Shown in pieces: positions 40,687-52,654 of a stretch of DNA of 64,000 bases; the first letter of the stretch is position 1; every line of letters starts with the position of its first letter. The notes beneath the pieces were generated by a model that saw only the letters and a list, made by a program, of their open reading frames with translations, was not told the DNA's origin and ran no database searches. This DNA comes from Patescibacteria group bacterium (GTDB lineage Bacteria > Patescibacteriota > Patescibacteriia > UBA10025 > JBIOWE01). Position numbers and translations under genes: made by a program. The stretch lies in NCBI GenBank assembly GCA_044868145.1, contig JBIOWE010000004.1:73395-137394 (forward strand), written 5' to 3'.

Positions 40687-41373
40687 TCACGTTGTGGCTT
40701 GCCCTTCAACCAGAACATGCCGGAGAATGGTACGCGCCTGACCATTTTTCTTTTTTGCGGTGACGGTGATAACGTTAATGCCAACCGTCAACTCGATTGT
40801 TTGCTGAAAAGATCCGTTGGGCTGAACAAACACTTCTTGACCGTTGATCGTTAAAGAGGCGTCCGTATCGGTTGTCCCAACCACATTGATTGTCCGTTGC
40901 TGTGTGATTGTCTGCTCATCCGGCGCCATCAGCTGTAACGCAGGCGGCGCAAAAATGCCCCGCAAGCTGAATATGAGATATCCCAGCAATACGAGACCGA
41001 TAAGCGCGAGGAAGATACGACGCGTTAAGTGCGGCGTTACAAGCCGCGGCGAGCGTTTATGCACCGCCTGGGCTTCAACAAGCCGACGCTTTTCTAACGG
41101 TTCATAATAGACGCGTTCGCGCTCGTAGAGATCAAGAACGACCTGCGGGCTGACTTGAATCGCCTCCGCGTACTTCTTCAAAAAATTCTTTATGTATGCC
41201 GATCCGGGTAATGCGAGATAGTTGCCGTTCTCAATAGCTTCTAGGTAATGACTACGTATTTGGGTCATCCGTTCAACGTCCGCAAGCGTGAGGCTGGCTT
41301 CCTCGCGCGCCTTCCGTAACCGCTCCCCAAGCGTTTTTGTGCGTCCGAGTTCCGTTTTCTGAAATGCCGTCAT
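40687..41373 (-). CDS. Helix-turn-helix (XRE-like) membrane protein, RodZ-like
   Basis: N-terminal HTH (LGERLRKAREEASLTLADVERMTQI), a single transmembrane helix and a C-terminal beta-rich domain. Overlaps ftsK by 4 nt. Confidence 0.55.
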   Translation of the reverse strand: MTAFQKTELGRTKTLGERLRKAREEASLTLADVERMTQIRSHYLEAIENGNYLALPGSAYIKNFLKKYAEAIQVSPQVVLDLYERERVYYEPLEKRRLVEAQAVHKRSPRLVTPHLTRRIFLALIGLVLLGYLIFSLRGIFAPPALQLMAPDEQTITQQRTINVVGTTDTDASLTINGQEVFVQPNGSFQQTIELTVGINVITVTAKKKNGQARTILRHVLVEGQATT

Positions 41374-43619
41374 ACCTTATCCTCTGGTTGGCCTGGTTCG
41401 TCATCGGCATTCATCGGTACATCTGTGTTTTCTTGATCTACCTCAAAAGATGAAGACGAAGGTTCGCCGCCGATCACTTCTCGGGGCTTCGCGCCTTCGC
41501 CCGGCCCAATAAACCCCTGCTCTTCGAGAATGTCGAGGATGCGCGCTGCCCGGGCATAACCGACGCGTAAGCGGCGTTGCAAGAGCGAGGCCGACGCCTT
41601 GCCTGCTTGCAGAATTACTTGCTTTGCTTCGCCGAGAAGGTCGTCTTCAACGTCGCCATCCATGGAGAACTCTTGAGTTTGCTTTCGTTGACTTGCAAGA
41701 ACGTCTTTGTTATATTCAGGCGAACCCTTACTCTTGATGTGCGCAACGACGCGTTCGATTTCTTCATCGCTGACGAGCGCTCCTTGAATGCGCTTAGGCT
41801 TTGAAACTTCCGGTGACATAAAAAGCATGTCGCCTCTGCCTAACAGTTTTTCAGCGCCGGACGTGTCGAGAATGGTGCGGGAGTCCACTTGCGACGCTAC
41901 ACTGAAAGCAATACGGCTCGTGATGTTGGCCTTGATGAGCCCCGTGATAATATCGACTGATGGCCTTTGGGTCGCGACGATTAAATGTATACCGACGGCG
42001 CGGGCCATTTGCGCCAGCCGAACAATTGCGCTTTCCACTTCATTGGCTGCAACCGCCATCAAATCGGCAAGCTCGTCAATGATAACAACTATATATGGCA
42101 TTGGTTCTTCAGGGCCATTCGCGTTGTACGCTTGAATATTGCGCTTGCCTGCATCAGAGAGCGCGTGGAATCGGCGATCCATCTCACCCACAATCCACCG
42201 AAGCGCGTTAATGGTTTTGTCGACTTCAGTAACAACCGGCGCGAGCAAATAAGGAATATTGTTGTACGTTGGCAATTCGACTTTCTTCGGATCAACGAGG
42301 ATAAGCTTTAAATCGGACGGGGAATTTTGGTACAGCAGGCTCATGATAATCGTATTGATGCAAACGGTTTTCCCTGATCCGGTTGCCCCCGCAATCAGCA
42401 AGTGGGGCATGCGTTCAAGATCCCCGAACCAGGCAACGTCAGCCACGTCCTTGCCGAGTGCAAGCGAAAGGTTCGACGAACGATTTTTGAATTCTTGCGT
42501 GGCCAATAAATCTTTGAGTTTCACCGTGGCCACCGCTTTGTTGGGTACTTCGATGCCGACAAGCGATTTGCCTGGGATCGGCGCTTCAATGCGAATGGGG
42601 TGCGCGGCCAATGCGAGAGCTAAATCATTATTTAATGAAGTGATTTGAGAAAGTTTAACGCCTTCCGATGGCTTCAACGTGTACTGCGTTACCGTTGGGC
42701 CGACTTTTACTTCTCCCATTTCCACCTCAATGCCAAAATTCTTCAGCGCCTGCTGGATCCGCTGCTTATTGAGCTCGATGTCACCGCTCTGGGGCTTTCC
42801 CGTGCTTGCTTCGAGAAGGTCAAGCGGGATGTCCAGTTTTATGCGCGTCGGTTTCGGTTTTGGGAATATGGCAAGCTGCTCCTTAGCCACCGGCTTCTCT
42901 GCGGTCGGCGCAGCTTCTTTACTGGCCATGTCTTTTACTTGGAATGAAGGGCTCGCCTCATGCGACGGTTCAGGTTGTTCAACAATACGCCGCTGCTCTA
43001 GATTCACGCGCAGACGTTCGCGAAATAAGCGGTAGCGTTCCCGTACGCGTCGGAAGATATTGCCTCGTTCGTACAGTCGGCCGAGCGAGGTATCAAACAG
43101 TAGCAGCAAACCAACGACAAAAACTCCAAGGATGATAAGCCCGGTGGCCCATGGGCCCATAATCTTTTGCAAAGGATAAGACAATGCGAGGCCTATATAC
43201 CCACCGCCCTTGCCTAACGCAATATCAGAAGCAGCCCGCTCGATGGGAATGAAAAGATGAAAAAATGCCGAAGAGCCGGCAACACAGAGTATAAGCCCAA
43301 TATAATTACTGCTGCGTAATGCGTACTTTTCCGGTTTCCAGAGAAAATACCAAAGCAACAAAAGCACGAGGGGAACCGCGAATTTCCCCCACCCGAACAA
43401 TCGTCCCAGCCCATCATTGATGGTGTTGCCGAAACCGCCGGCCCAGCCGAATAAACTTAACACGCTTAAGGCGCCAACGAGGAAAAGTATGGTCAGCGCA
43501 ATACCATGCTTCGTTTCTTTCTTTAATGGTTGCCTCGCCTGCTTGCCTTCAGCTTGATCTTCTCTCAGCGCTTCTTTTTTAAATTTTTTTAAATATTTTT
43601 TTTCCGTTTTGCGTGCCAT
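41370..43619 (-). CDS. ftsK: DNA translocase FtsK/SpoIIIE
   Basis: N-terminal membrane domain, a linker, a motor domain with Walker A GATGSGKT, and a C-terminal gamma winged-helix domain. Confidence 0.9.
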   Translation of the reverse strand: MARKTEKKYLKKFKKEALREDQAEGKQARQPLKKETKHGIALTILFLVGALSVLSLFGWAGGFGNTINDGLGRLFGWGKFAVPLVLLLLWYFLWKPEKYALRSSNYIGLILCVAGSSAFFHLFIPIERAASDIALGKGGGYIGLALSYPLQKIMGPWATGLIILGVFVVGLLLLFDTSLGRLYERGNIFRRVRERYRLFRERLRVNLEQRRIVEQPEPSHEASPSFQVKDMASKEAAPTAEKPVAKEQLAIFPKPKPTRIKLDIPLDLLEASTGKPQSGDIELNKQRIQQALKNFGIEVEMGEVKVGPTVTQYTLKPSEGVKLSQITSLNNDLALALAAHPIRIEAPIPGKSLVGIEVPNKAVATVKLKDLLATQEFKNRSSNLSLALGKDVADVAWFGDLERMPHLLIAGATGSGKTVCINTIIMSLLYQNSPSDLKLILVDPKKVELPTYNNIPYLLAPVVTEVDKTINALRWIVGEMDRRFHALSDAGKRNIQAYNANGPEEPMPYIVVIIDELADLMAVAANEVESAIVRLAQMARAVGIHLIVATQRPSVDIITGLIKANITSRIAFSVASQVDSRTILDTSGAEKLLGRGDMLFMSPEVSKPKRIQGALVSDEEIERVVAHIKSKGSPEYNKDVLASQRKQTQEFSMDGDVEDDLLGEAKQVILQAGKASASLLQRRLRVGYARAARILDILEEQGFIGPGEGAKPREVIGGEPSSSSFEVDQENTDVPMNADDEPGQPEDKV

Positions 43620-43699
43620 GAAGGTATTGATGCCACGTTATTTTACCACAAAAAAAGTTCTTTATCAAGCGTGACGGGATAAAAAACTTTAAACGCTTA

Positions 43700-44878
43700 T
43701 TACTTCACTAACTCTCTCCACTTCCCCTCGCTTTTGATAAGCCCTATCAATTCTTCGACAGCTTGGCTTTGGGGTACGCCGTTACGCACGAGCTTCTTAC
43801 CGACGTACAAATTGACTTTTCCCGGCGCGCCGCCGACGTACCCGAAGTCCGCATCCGCCATTTCGCCAAGCCCGTTCACGATGCAGCCCATAATGGCGAT
43901 ACGCACGCCTTTCAGATGGCCGGTGCGTTCTTTAATGCGATTCGTGGTTTCCTCCAACTCAAAGAGGGTTCGACCGCATGACGGACAGGAAATAAATTCT
44001 GTCTTAGTGATCCGGCGGTGCGTTGCTTGCAAAATGGAAAATGCGACGGGAATTTCTTTGACCGGGTCTTCGGTGAGCGAAACTCGGACCGTATCGCCGA
44101 CGCCTTGCATAAGCAGCGTACCGATACCGAGGGTGGACTTAATCCGACCCTCGTCTGCATTGCCCGCTTCAGTAACGCCAAGATGGACTGGATAGTCCAT
44201 ACCCGCTTCATCCATCCGTTTCACAAACAGGCGATTCGCTTCAATCATGATAAGCGGATCAGAGGCTTTCATGGCGACCACGATATCGTGAAAGTCATGC
44301 TTCTGGAAAATTCGTAAATATTCCATTGCTGATTCCACCATCCCTTCTGCCGTGTCGCCAAACCGATTCATGACGCGGTCGGAAAGCGATCCGTGGTTTG
44401 AACCGATTCGCAAAGGTTTACGATATTTCTTCGCCTCTGCGATAAATAGTATGAGCTTCTCTTCGATCCGTTTCAATTCCGATTGATATTCTTCATCGGT
44501 ATATTCTCGTTTTTTGAATACCTTGCCATCCAGGAAGTTACCTGGATTAATGCGAACTTTGTCCGCTGTTTTGAGAGCTTCAAACGCCGCTGCCGGTACA
44601 AAATGAATATCCGCAATGATCGGAACCGTGATACCACGTTTTTGTAACTCTTGCTTGATGACTCCAAGCAGTTTTGCATGCTGCGGCGATTGCGTTGTAA
44701 TACGCACGAGTTCCGCGCCAGCACGTGCCAGCTTCTCTGTCTGGTCAACGGTTGCCTTGACGTCCGACGTCGGCGTGTTAGTCATTGTTTGCACGCGAAT
44801 CGGATTGTCGCCACCAATGCCGATGCTTCCAACTTGCACAGGTCGAGTTTTCCTGCGTTTAATGCCGTTTGTTTTCAT
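43700..44878 (-). CDS. ispG: 4-hydroxy-3-methylbut-2-en-1-yl diphosphate synthase (IspG/GcpE)
   Basis: TIM-barrel N-terminal domain and a C-terminal 4Fe-4S domain with the cysteines CPSCGR...GC. Confidence 0.9.
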   Translation of the reverse strand: MKTNGIKRRKTRPVQVGSIGIGGDNPIRVQTMTNTPTSDVKATVDQTEKLARAGAELVRITTQSPQHAKLLGVIKQELQKRGITVPIIADIHFVPAAAFEALKTADKVRINPGNFLDGKVFKKREYTDEEYQSELKRIEEKLILFIAEAKKYRKPLRIGSNHGSLSDRVMNRFGDTAEGMVESAMEYLRIFQKHDFHDIVVAMKASDPLIMIEANRLFVKRMDEAGMDYPVHLGVTEAGNADEGRIKSTLGIGTLLMQGVGDTVRVSLTEDPVKEIPVAFSILQATHRRITKTEFISCPSCGRTLFELEETTNRIKERTGHLKGVRIAIMGCIVNGLGEMADADFGYVGGAPGKVNLYVGKKLVRNGVPQSQAVEELIGLIKSEGKWRELVK

Positions 44879-44984
44879 ATCCTCTATAGTATATCAAAAC
44901 CTCATGAAATAACGTTAAACTACCCAGCGCGCCCCGCTGTGGAACGTATATTCTACGTTCCTGTGGGTGCGATGAGTGAATCAT

Positions 44985-45022
44985 GCAAAACCCATCGCAG
45001 GCAGAGCCGTGCGCGCTGGGTT
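44985..45022 (-). terminator. Rho-independent terminator downstream of rpoC
   Basis: Stem cccatcgc/gcgctggg with one mismatch, followed on the minus strand by TTTTG. Other perfect hairpins are nearby, e.g. ggaacgta/tacgttcc. Confidence 0.5.
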
Positions 45023-45028
45023 TTAGGA

Positions 45029-48000
45029 TTATTTTGACACCTCTTCCGCTTCTTCTAACTGGTATCCCGTGCCAGCAGGGATAAGCCGGCCAATGATCAC
45101 ATTTTCTTTCAAGCCTCGCAGTCTGTCAACTTTACCGGAAATAGCCGCGTCAATCAGTACACGGGCCGTTTCTTGAAACGACGCGGCGGAAAGGAAACTA
45201 TCAATGGACAAAGAGGATTTCGTAATCCCGAGGAGTAATTGCTCAGAAATCGCTTCTCTCTTGCCAGCTTGTTTCGCAGCTTCGTTCTCTTCCATAAAAC
45301 GCGTCCGTTCAACAATCTCACCTTCCAAAAGATCGGTATCGCCGGTATCTTTGATAAAGTATCGGGAGAACATTTGGCGTACGATTACTTCCACGTGCTT
45401 GTCGTTCAGGTGCTGTCCTTGAGAAAAATAGATGTACTGAATTTCTTTGATAATGTATTTTTGAACCGCCTCACGGCCTTTCAACCGATAGAGCTGGTGC
45501 AGGTCAATATGGCCTTCGGTCAGCTGGACGCCGGACGCAACCATATCGCCGTCTTTCACCCAAAGAATCACCCCTGACGGAACAGGGTATTCGTGTGTTT
45601 TATCTTGTTCGTGAACAATGGAAATTCCTTGATCGGTCTTCTTAACCATGCCACTTACTTTGCTGCGAACTTCTTTTGCGCCAACGGTAAACAGAACATC
45701 ACCTTCTTTAACCTCACTCTTGTCCTTTACTTTCAAAACCGGGTTTTGTTTCGACTCCAGGCGGTATTTTTCTTCCTGCTGTTCACGCGTATGGATGCGA
45801 ATGAGCTTCGCGCCTTTTTCAAGTTCCTGTACCGAAACCTGGCCGGCGACTTCAGCCATCAACGCCGGTCGCTTGACTGGTCTCGCCTCAAACAATTCTT
45901 CCACCCGCGGCAACCCCTGCGTGATGTCTTGACCGGCGACGCCCCCAGTATGGAACGTGCGCATGGTGAGTTGCGTACCGGGCTCTCCGATGCTCTGTGC
46001 GGCTATAATTCCCACGGCGATTCCAATGCTTACAACCTTGTTATAACCAAGGTCGTAGCCGTAACAACGCTGACAGAGCCCATAAATCGTTCGGCATGTC
46101 ATGACGGAACGAATATGAACCTTATCAATTTGCAATTCCTTCAGTTTCTGGTGCACTTCTTCGGTAATCAATTCGTTCTTTTTTGCAATAACCTTTTTCG
46201 TCTTTGGATCAATGATTGGCTCGAGAACTGTTCTGCCCAAAATGCGATCAACAATCTTGATGCCAAGGTCTTCACTCTCAACGCTGGTAAGAACGACGCC
46301 TTCCGTATCCTTGCAATCCTCCTCGGTTATGACCACGTCTTGCGCTACATCAATCAGACGGCGTGTTAAATAACCCGCGTTCGCTGTTCGGAGTGCGGTA
46401 TCGGAAAGCCCTTTTCGCGCGCCGTGCGTAGAAATGAAATATTCGAGCACATCGAACCCTTCGAGAAAACTTGCCTTTACGGGCAATTCGATAGTCTCAC
46501 CAGCCGGGTTCGTTACAAGCCCCTTCATGCCCATCATCTGAGTAATTTGCCCCCAGGAGCCTCGCGCGCCTGATTCAATCATGGCGAAAATTGGGCCGTT
46601 GCGATCAAGCGCTGCTTTGCTAATCTTCTGGATCGCATCTTTAGCACGCGCCCACGTTTCGATCACCTTCATTCTGCGCTCTTCGTCCGTCAGTAGTCCT
46701 GATTCATAGTGCATACGAATCTCATCAGTCACTTTTTCCGCCTCCTCCAGTACCTTATATTTATCGGGCGGCGTGCGCAGATCGTTCATCCCCCAACTAA
46801 TGCCGGATTTCGTGAGGTTATGGAACGCCATTGTCTTAATGTTGTCGAGGATTTCAACTGTCTTTTCATTCCCAAGCTTGTTCAAGATCCTACCAATCAA
46901 TGGTGTTAGAGTTTTCTTATCCATGACGTCGTTCACATATTGAAATTCCTTTGGCAGAATTTCATTAAAAAGAATACGGCCCACAGAAGATATGACTGTC
47001 TTACCGTCTATGCGCACCCGAATAGCATCGCGAATGCCGATATGGTGCAGCTGATATGCCATGAGCGCCTCGTTCTTATTCGCAAAGTACTTCATCTCCT
47101 GGGGTTTCTTTTCGATAAGATGCGTCATGTAGAAACAACCGAGGACAACATCCTGGGAGGGGGTGGCGATCGGGGTGCCCGTTGCGGGCTTCAGAAGGTT
47201 TTTTGTCGAAAGTTCAAGTTCTCTCGCTTCCCATTTCGCTTTTTCAGTCAAAGGCACGTGGACGGCCATTTGGTCGCCATCAAAGTCCGCGTTAAAGGCT
47301 GCGCACACGAACGGGTGTATTTGTATGGCCTTCCCTTCTATAAGGACTGGTTGAAACGCCTGAATGCCAAGCCTGTGCAGAGTCGGTGCACGATTCAGCA
47401 GTACGAGTGAGTCTTTTGTTACTTCTTCGAGAATATCCCATACTTCAGGACGTTCCGATTCAATGAAACGGTTTGCGCTGCGTACATTATGGACGAGCTC
47501 TCGCTTAATAAGTTTAGAAATGATGAATGGTTTAAACAACTCAAGCGCCATGCGCTTTGGCAGGCCGCATTGATCCATCCGTAAGTTCGGTCCGACGACT
47601 ATCACAGAACGACCGGAATAGTCAACGCGCTTCCCCAGCAGGTTCTGCCGGAATCGGCCTTGTTTGCCTTTCAAAATGTCAGCAAGCGATTTGAGCATCC
47701 GCTTTTGGCCTGTCGAGGCCGTGACCGTCTTACCGTGGCGCGCGCTGTTATCGATGAGCGCGTCAACTGCTTCCTGTAACATACGCTTCTCGTTCCGACA
47801 AATGACCTCCGGTGCGTTCAATTCCAACAACCGCTTCAAACGATTGTTGCGATTTATGACGCGGCGATATAAATCATTCAAATCCGACGCAGCAAACCGA
47901 CCCCCGTCCAGCTGGATCATCGGCCGAAGATCCGGTGGAATGACGGGGATAGTTGTGAGAATCATCCATTCAGGGCGGATTTTATTCACCTTCAAACTCC

Positions 48001-48907
48001 TAATAAGTTTCAAGCGTCTGACTATCCTCCGCTTTTTGTTTTCCGGCGATTCAATCTGCTCATGCTCCAAACTAGGGATTGTTTTATCGAAATTAATTTC
48101 CGCGAGGAGCTGACGTATTGCTTCGGCGCCGATACCCGCCTCAAAAACGTGGCCGTAGCGCAATGAGAGGTCATGGTACGATTGCTCAGATAGAATTTGC
48201 AGAGGTTCCAGCCCGCGTAATTCCCTTTTTGCAATGTCCGCGGCGTTGGAGAGTTCCTTCATTTTTTCATCGCGCATCGACGTGTTGGTTTGCAGTTCCT
48301 CCTCAAAACGTTTACGGGCTTCATTTTTTTGCGAATCGGTTTTCGCGCTATTCAAATCTTTATCCCGCTTCGACTTCAACTCATCAATGAGTCGCTGGAA
48401 TTCTACTTCAATGGATTTCCGTTTTGCCTTCTCTTCTTGATCGATCTGTTTTAACGTCTCTGTCCGAAGCGTTTCGTCAACACTCGTGATAATGAAATTC
48501 GCGAAGTAGATAACCTTTTCTAAATACTGAACGGAGAGGTCCAAGACAAGACCAATCTTCGACGGCACGCCGCGCAGGAACCAAATATGCGAAACCGGCG
48601 CTGCCAGATCAATGTGCCCCATGCGCTCACGACGAACGATACTTCGCGTTACTTCTACCCCACATTTATCACAAATAATCCCTTTATAACGAATTTTCTT
48701 ATATTTCCCGCAATAACATTCCCAGTCTTTGGACGGGCCGAAGATTTCCTCAGCAAATAATCCGGACTTTTCCGGTTTTTGGGTACGGTAGTTGATCGTT
48801 TCCGGCTTCGTTACTTCGCCATATGACCATGAGTGAATCTCGTCCGGCGAAGCGAGCTTAAGACGAATGGCGTTAAAATCGAACGCTTTTTGTTCTTCAA
48901 ATGCCAT
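45029..48907 (-). CDS. rpoC: DNA-directed RNA polymerase subunit beta'
   Basis: 1292 aa. Zinc-binding CX2C motifs and the catalytic NADFDGD motif. Confidence 0.95.
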   Translation of the reverse strand: MAFEEQKAFDFNAIRLKLASPDEIHSWSYGEVTKPETINYRTQKPEKSGLFAEEIFGPSKDWECYCGKYKKIRYKGIICDKCGVEVTRSIVRRERMGHIDLAAPVSHIWFLRGVPSKIGLVLDLSVQYLEKVIYFANFIITSVDETLRTETLKQIDQEEKAKRKSIEVEFQRLIDELKSKRDKDLNSAKTDSQKNEARKRFEEELQTNTSMRDEKMKELSNAADIAKRELRGLEPLQILSEQSYHDLSLRYGHVFEAGIGAEAIRQLLAEINFDKTIPSLEHEQIESPENKKRRIVRRLKLIRSLKVNKIRPEWMILTTIPVIPPDLRPMIQLDGGRFAASDLNDLYRRVINRNNRLKRLLELNAPEVICRNEKRMLQEAVDALIDNSARHGKTVTASTGQKRMLKSLADILKGKQGRFRQNLLGKRVDYSGRSVIVVGPNLRMDQCGLPKRMALELFKPFIISKLIKRELVHNVRSANRFIESERPEVWDILEEVTKDSLVLLNRAPTLHRLGIQAFQPVLIEGKAIQIHPFVCAAFNADFDGDQMAVHVPLTEKAKWEARELELSTKNLLKPATGTPIATPSQDVVLGCFYMTHLIEKKPQEMKYFANKNEALMAYQLHHIGIRDAIRVRIDGKTVISSVGRILFNEILPKEFQYVNDVMDKKTLTPLIGRILNKLGNEKTVEILDNIKTMAFHNLTKSGISWGMNDLRTPPDKYKVLEEAEKVTDEIRMHYESGLLTDEERRMKVIETWARAKDAIQKISKAALDRNGPIFAMIESGARGSWGQITQMMGMKGLVTNPAGETIELPVKASFLEGFDVLEYFISTHGARKGLSDTALRTANAGYLTRRLIDVAQDVVITEEDCKDTEGVVLTSVESEDLGIKIVDRILGRTVLEPIIDPKTKKVIAKKNELITEEVHQKLKELQIDKVHIRSVMTCRTIYGLCQRCYGYDLGYNKVVSIGIAVGIIAAQSIGEPGTQLTMRTFHTGGVAGQDITQGLPRVEELFEARPVKRPALMAEVAGQVSVQELEKGAKLIRIHTREQQEEKYRLESKQNPVLKVKDKSEVKEGDVLFTVGAKEVRSKVSGMVKKTDQGISIVHEQDKTHEYPVPSGVILWVKDGDMVASGVQLTEGHIDLHQLYRLKGREAVQKYIIKEIQYIYFSQGQHLNDKHVEVIVRQMFSRYFIKDTGDTDLLEGEIVERTRFMEENEAAKQAGKREAISEQLLLGITKSSLSIDSFLSAASFQETARVLIDAAISGKVDRLRGLKENVIIGRLIPAGTGYQLEEAEEVSK

Positions 48908-48909
48908 AG

Positions 48910-51900
48910 TTATTCTTTTTCCTTCTTGGTTTTTACAGCCGCCTTTTCTTTCTCTTTTGGCGCCCCTTTTTTTGGTTCAGTTTCCAAAATAAGCTCAACA
49001 TCTAAACATAATCCTTTCAGCTCCCGAACGAGAACATTAAAAGACTCAGGGATACTGACTTTGCGAATGGGCTCACCTTTGATAATAGACTCATACGCTT
49101 TTGAACGGCCCGGTACGTCGTCACTTTTAATGGTAAGCATTTCCTGCAACGTGTATGCCGCTCCATACGCTTCCAGGGCCCACACTTCCATTTCTCCAAA
49201 CCGCTGACCGCCAAATTGGGCTTTTCCGCCAAGTGGCTGTTGCGTGACAAGCGAGTACGGGCCAATGGATCGCATATGGATTTTGTCTTCGACCATGTGG
49301 TTAAGCTTCATCATATAGATATAACCAACGGTCACTTTTTGGTCGAACTGTTCCCCCGTTCGGCCATCATACAACGTAACCTTACCGTCTTCCGGTAAGC
49401 CAGCATGCTTCAACTCTTTCTGGATCATTTCCTCTGGCACGCCATTGAGCGCCGGTGTGGCGACGGTATAGCCGAGTTTTTTTGCAGCGAACCCAAGATG
49501 GGTTTCCAGAATTTGACCGAGGTTCATACGCGATGCGACGCCCAGCGGGTTCAAAATAATATCTACCACGGTCCCGTCGGCGAGGTGTGGCATGTCTTCC
49601 ATGGGCACGATGCGTGAAATGACGCCTTTGTTTCCGTGACGACCTGCCATTTTGTCACCAACCTGTACCTTGCGAAGTTGTGCGACAGAAACTTGGATAG
49701 TCTTCATGACGCCGGATGGCAGTTTGTCACCATTTTCTTTCGAGAAAATTTTCACGTCAACAACCTTACCGTGTTCACCGTGTTCGAGGTAGAGCGAGCT
49801 ATCTTTCACGTCTTTTGCTTTTTCCCCAAAAATTGCGCGCAACAGTTTTTCTTCGGCGGAAAGCTCCGTTTCGCCTTTTGGGGTAATTTTCCCTGCAAGA
49901 ATATCGCCAGATGACACTTCCGCGCCGATCCGCACAATTCCTTCTTCATCCAAATCTTTTAATTTTTCTTCACCTATATTAGGGATGTCTCTCGTGACTA
50001 CTTCCGGACCAAGCTTTGTGTCGCGTACGTCGACGAGGTAGTTCTCGACATGGATGGAGCTGTATTTATCCGATTCAACAAGACGTTGCGATACGAGAAT
50101 CGCATCTTCAAAGTTACCGCCTTCCCATGACATGAACGCCACAAGCACATTTTGGCCGAGCGCGAGCTCACCGCGATCTGTTGCTGCACCGTCGGCGAGA
50201 ACGTCGCCCTTTTTTATCGTTTGTCCTTTCTCAACGGTCGGACGTTGGTTCATGCACGTCGATGCGTTGGATCGAACAAATTTACCGAGGGTATACGTTC
50301 GAACCTTGCTATCTTTTTCCAAAACGCGAATTTCATTTGATTGCACCTCAACAACTTCACCGTCGCTTTCCGACAAAATGACCTGGCCCGAGTCCTGGGC
50401 AGCTTTTCGCTCGACGCCGGTTCCAATAACAGGCGCTTCTGGATGCACGCAAGGAACAGCTTGCCGTTGCATGTTTGTGCCCATAAGCGCGCGTACCGCA
50501 TCATCATGTTCCAAGAATGGAATGAGTGACGTTGTCACGCTAACAATCTGGCTCGGTGAAACGTCCATATAATCAATTTGCCAAACATAGTCGATGGTCG
50601 GCTCACCTTGTTTTCGAACCTCTGCCCGCTCTTTAATGAAAAATCCGCGGCTATCCACTGGTGTCGTTGCGGCAGTGGTCACGTGGCGTTCCTCCGTAAA
50701 CGCATCAAGCCATTCAAGCTGATCAGTCACGCGAGGTTTAATAGGGACAGTTTGCATATCCAGGCGGCTTAGTTCACGCGCCATCTCCGCCGTAATCTTT
50801 TGATCGGCTTTTGCGACCACGCGTTGCGTCTTTGGCTCAACGATATCCTGCCGCAAAATCTCACCTTCAATATCCCTTAATTTATTTGGCGGGTCGTGCT
50901 TCACGCGGCGGAACGGTGTTTCGATAAATCCATAATCGTTCACGCGTGCATAGCTCGACAGATGTCCAACAAGCCCAATGTTCGGTCCTTCGGGTGTGGC
51001 GATTGGACAAATGCGTCCATAGTGCGTTCGGTGCACATCACGGACGTCGAATCCTGCACGTTCACGCGAGAGACCGCCGGGGCCCATGGCGGACAGCCGG
51101 CGCTTGTGCTCCAGTTCTGCCAAAGGGTTCGTCTGGTCCATGAACTGGGAAAGTTGCGAAGACATGAAGAATTCTTTCACCGCGCCGATAATCGGTCGCG
51201 CGTTAATAAGCTGGTTCGGCGTAATCAGGTTAATATCGAGGGTACTTGCGCGGTCTTTCACGATGCGCTCGGTACGCGCGAGCCCGACGCGGAATTTATT
51301 CTGAATGAGCTCACCAATGGCGCGGACGCGGCGGTTGCCGAGATGGTCTATGTCATCTGGGTCTTTCTGAGAGATATTCAGGCGAATGATCTCCTTGATG
51401 ACCTGGATCAAGTCTTCTCGTTGGAGCACCCGATGCTCTTTTGTGACCGGAAAGGTAAATCCAAATCGCTGGTTGAGTTTATACCGACCAACACGGCCAA
51501 AGTCATAGCGATCGAAGCTGAAAAACATTTTGAATATCAAATCACGCGCATTATCAACCGTCGCAAGGTCGCCCGGGCGAATGCGCTTGTACACTTCAAG
51601 GAGTCCGTCCGCTTCCGAGCGCGACGCGTCTTTCGCTATCGTCGCTTCAATGTAGCGGACGTCTGGATGCACATCAACATCTTGGAATAATTGCTTAAGC
51701 TGCTCGTCCGTACTGTAACCGAACGCGCGCAAGAGAGATGTCGCGGCAACTTTACGCTTTCGGTCGATCTTGACGGTAATCACATTGTTCACGTCCGTTT
51801 CGAACTCGAGCCAGGCACCGCGGTTTGGAATAATCTTCGCGCCAAAATAGCGTTTGCTGCGGATTGTTTCCGAAGTAAAAAATGCGCCAGCTGATCGAAT

Positions 51901-52299
51901 AAGCTGACTGACGACAACGCGTTCAATGCCGTTCACGATAAACGTTCCCCGCGGGGTCATGATCGGGAAATCGCCGAGGTACACTTCTTGTTCCTTAATT
52001 TCTCCGGTTCGTTTATTCACGAGTTTCGTCGCAACACGGAGCGGAGATTCGTATGTGACGTTTTTCGCTTTCGCAACAGTCTCTTCAAACCGTGGATCAT
52101 CAAGATAATAATCCATGAAATTCAATTCGAGATCGCGACCGATAAAGTCACGAATAGGCGAAATTTCCTCGAAGAGTTCTTTCAACCCTTCGCGGAAAAA
52201 CCAGTCATAGGAACGCTTTTGCACTTCAATCAGATCGGGGAGATCCTCGATCCGCTGAACATCAGTAAAATATTTGCGCTGGTTGTTGGCCTTGGCCAT
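48910..52299 (-). CDS. rpoB: DNA-directed RNA polymerase subunit beta
   Basis: 1129 aa with conserved beta-subunit blocks. rpoC follows 3 nt downstream. Confidence 0.95.
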   Translation of the reverse strand: MAKANNQRKYFTDVQRIEDLPDLIEVQKRSYDWFFREGLKELFEEISPIRDFIGRDLELNFMDYYLDDPRFEETVAKAKNVTYESPLRVATKLVNKRTGEIKEQEVYLGDFPIMTPRGTFIVNGIERVVVSQLIRSAGAFFTSETIRSKRYFGAKIIPNRGAWLEFETDVNNVITVKIDRKRKVAATSLLRAFGYSTDEQLKQLFQDVDVHPDVRYIEATIAKDASRSEADGLLEVYKRIRPGDLATVDNARDLIFKMFFSFDRYDFGRVGRYKLNQRFGFTFPVTKEHRVLQREDLIQVIKEIIRLNISQKDPDDIDHLGNRRVRAIGELIQNKFRVGLARTERIVKDRASTLDINLITPNQLINARPIIGAVKEFFMSSQLSQFMDQTNPLAELEHKRRLSAMGPGGLSRERAGFDVRDVHRTHYGRICPIATPEGPNIGLVGHLSSYARVNDYGFIETPFRRVKHDPPNKLRDIEGEILRQDIVEPKTQRVVAKADQKITAEMARELSRLDMQTVPIKPRVTDQLEWLDAFTEERHVTTAATTPVDSRGFFIKERAEVRKQGEPTIDYVWQIDYMDVSPSQIVSVTTSLIPFLEHDDAVRALMGTNMQRQAVPCVHPEAPVIGTGVERKAAQDSGQVILSESDGEVVEVQSNEIRVLEKDSKVRTYTLGKFVRSNASTCMNQRPTVEKGQTIKKGDVLADGAATDRGELALGQNVLVAFMSWEGGNFEDAILVSQRLVESDKYSSIHVENYLVDVRDTKLGPEVVTRDIPNIGEEKLKDLDEEGIVRIGAEVSSGDILAGKITPKGETELSAEEKLLRAIFGEKAKDVKDSSLYLEHGEHGKVVDVKIFSKENGDKLPSGVMKTIQVSVAQLRKVQVGDKMAGRHGNKGVISRIVPMEDMPHLADGTVVDIILNPLGVASRMNLGQILETHLGFAAKKLGYTVATPALNGVPEEMIQKELKHAGLPEDGKVTLYDGRTGEQFDQKVTVGYIYMMKLNHMVEDKIHMRSIGPYSLVTQQPLGGKAQFGGQRFGEMEVWALEAYGAAYTLQEMLTIKSDDVPGRSKAYESIIKGEPIRKVSIPESFNVLVRELKGLCLDVELILETEPKKGAPKEKEKAAVKTKKEKE

Positions 52300-52654
52300 G
52301 CGCTACGTTAGCAAATAATAAAATCTATCTCCCTGTCGTCGTCCGACGGGATTTCCTAAAAACTGCTACGTTTCGTTGTTCTCACACCTCATGAAAATTT
52401 TGCGAGGCTTTCCCTTTTGATAGGGAAAATCGGTGAGATTTATGTTCAAAATTGTCGCGAGCGGCCTGTGGAAAAGCCGCCTAGACACGTGTTTTGAGGG
52501 TACCAGAAATGAAATGGAGTGTCAAGTTTTATCCACATGCGACTCCTTTCCCTTGACTTTTTTGCTAATATTCGCAAAAGTTCAAAATTTTAAATGACCA
52601 AAATTGTGACATTCTTCATTTTTGGATTTTGAACATTTGGATCTTTGAATTTGT

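Noticed and set aside
45593-46369. 258-aa ORF plus several 60 to 150 aa ORFs on the plus strand across 45.0 to 52.3 kb
   Set aside because: All are antisense to rpoC and rpoB, which have unambiguous homology. No ribosome-binding sites. Spurious.
50896-51690. 264-aa plus-strand ORF
   Set aside because: Antisense to rpoB. Spurious.
45029-52299. Inteins or introns in rpoB, rpoC and other large genes
   Set aside because: Protein lengths (1129, 1292, 965, 792 and 749 aa) are normal for intein-free orthologues, and the conserved blocks are contiguous.
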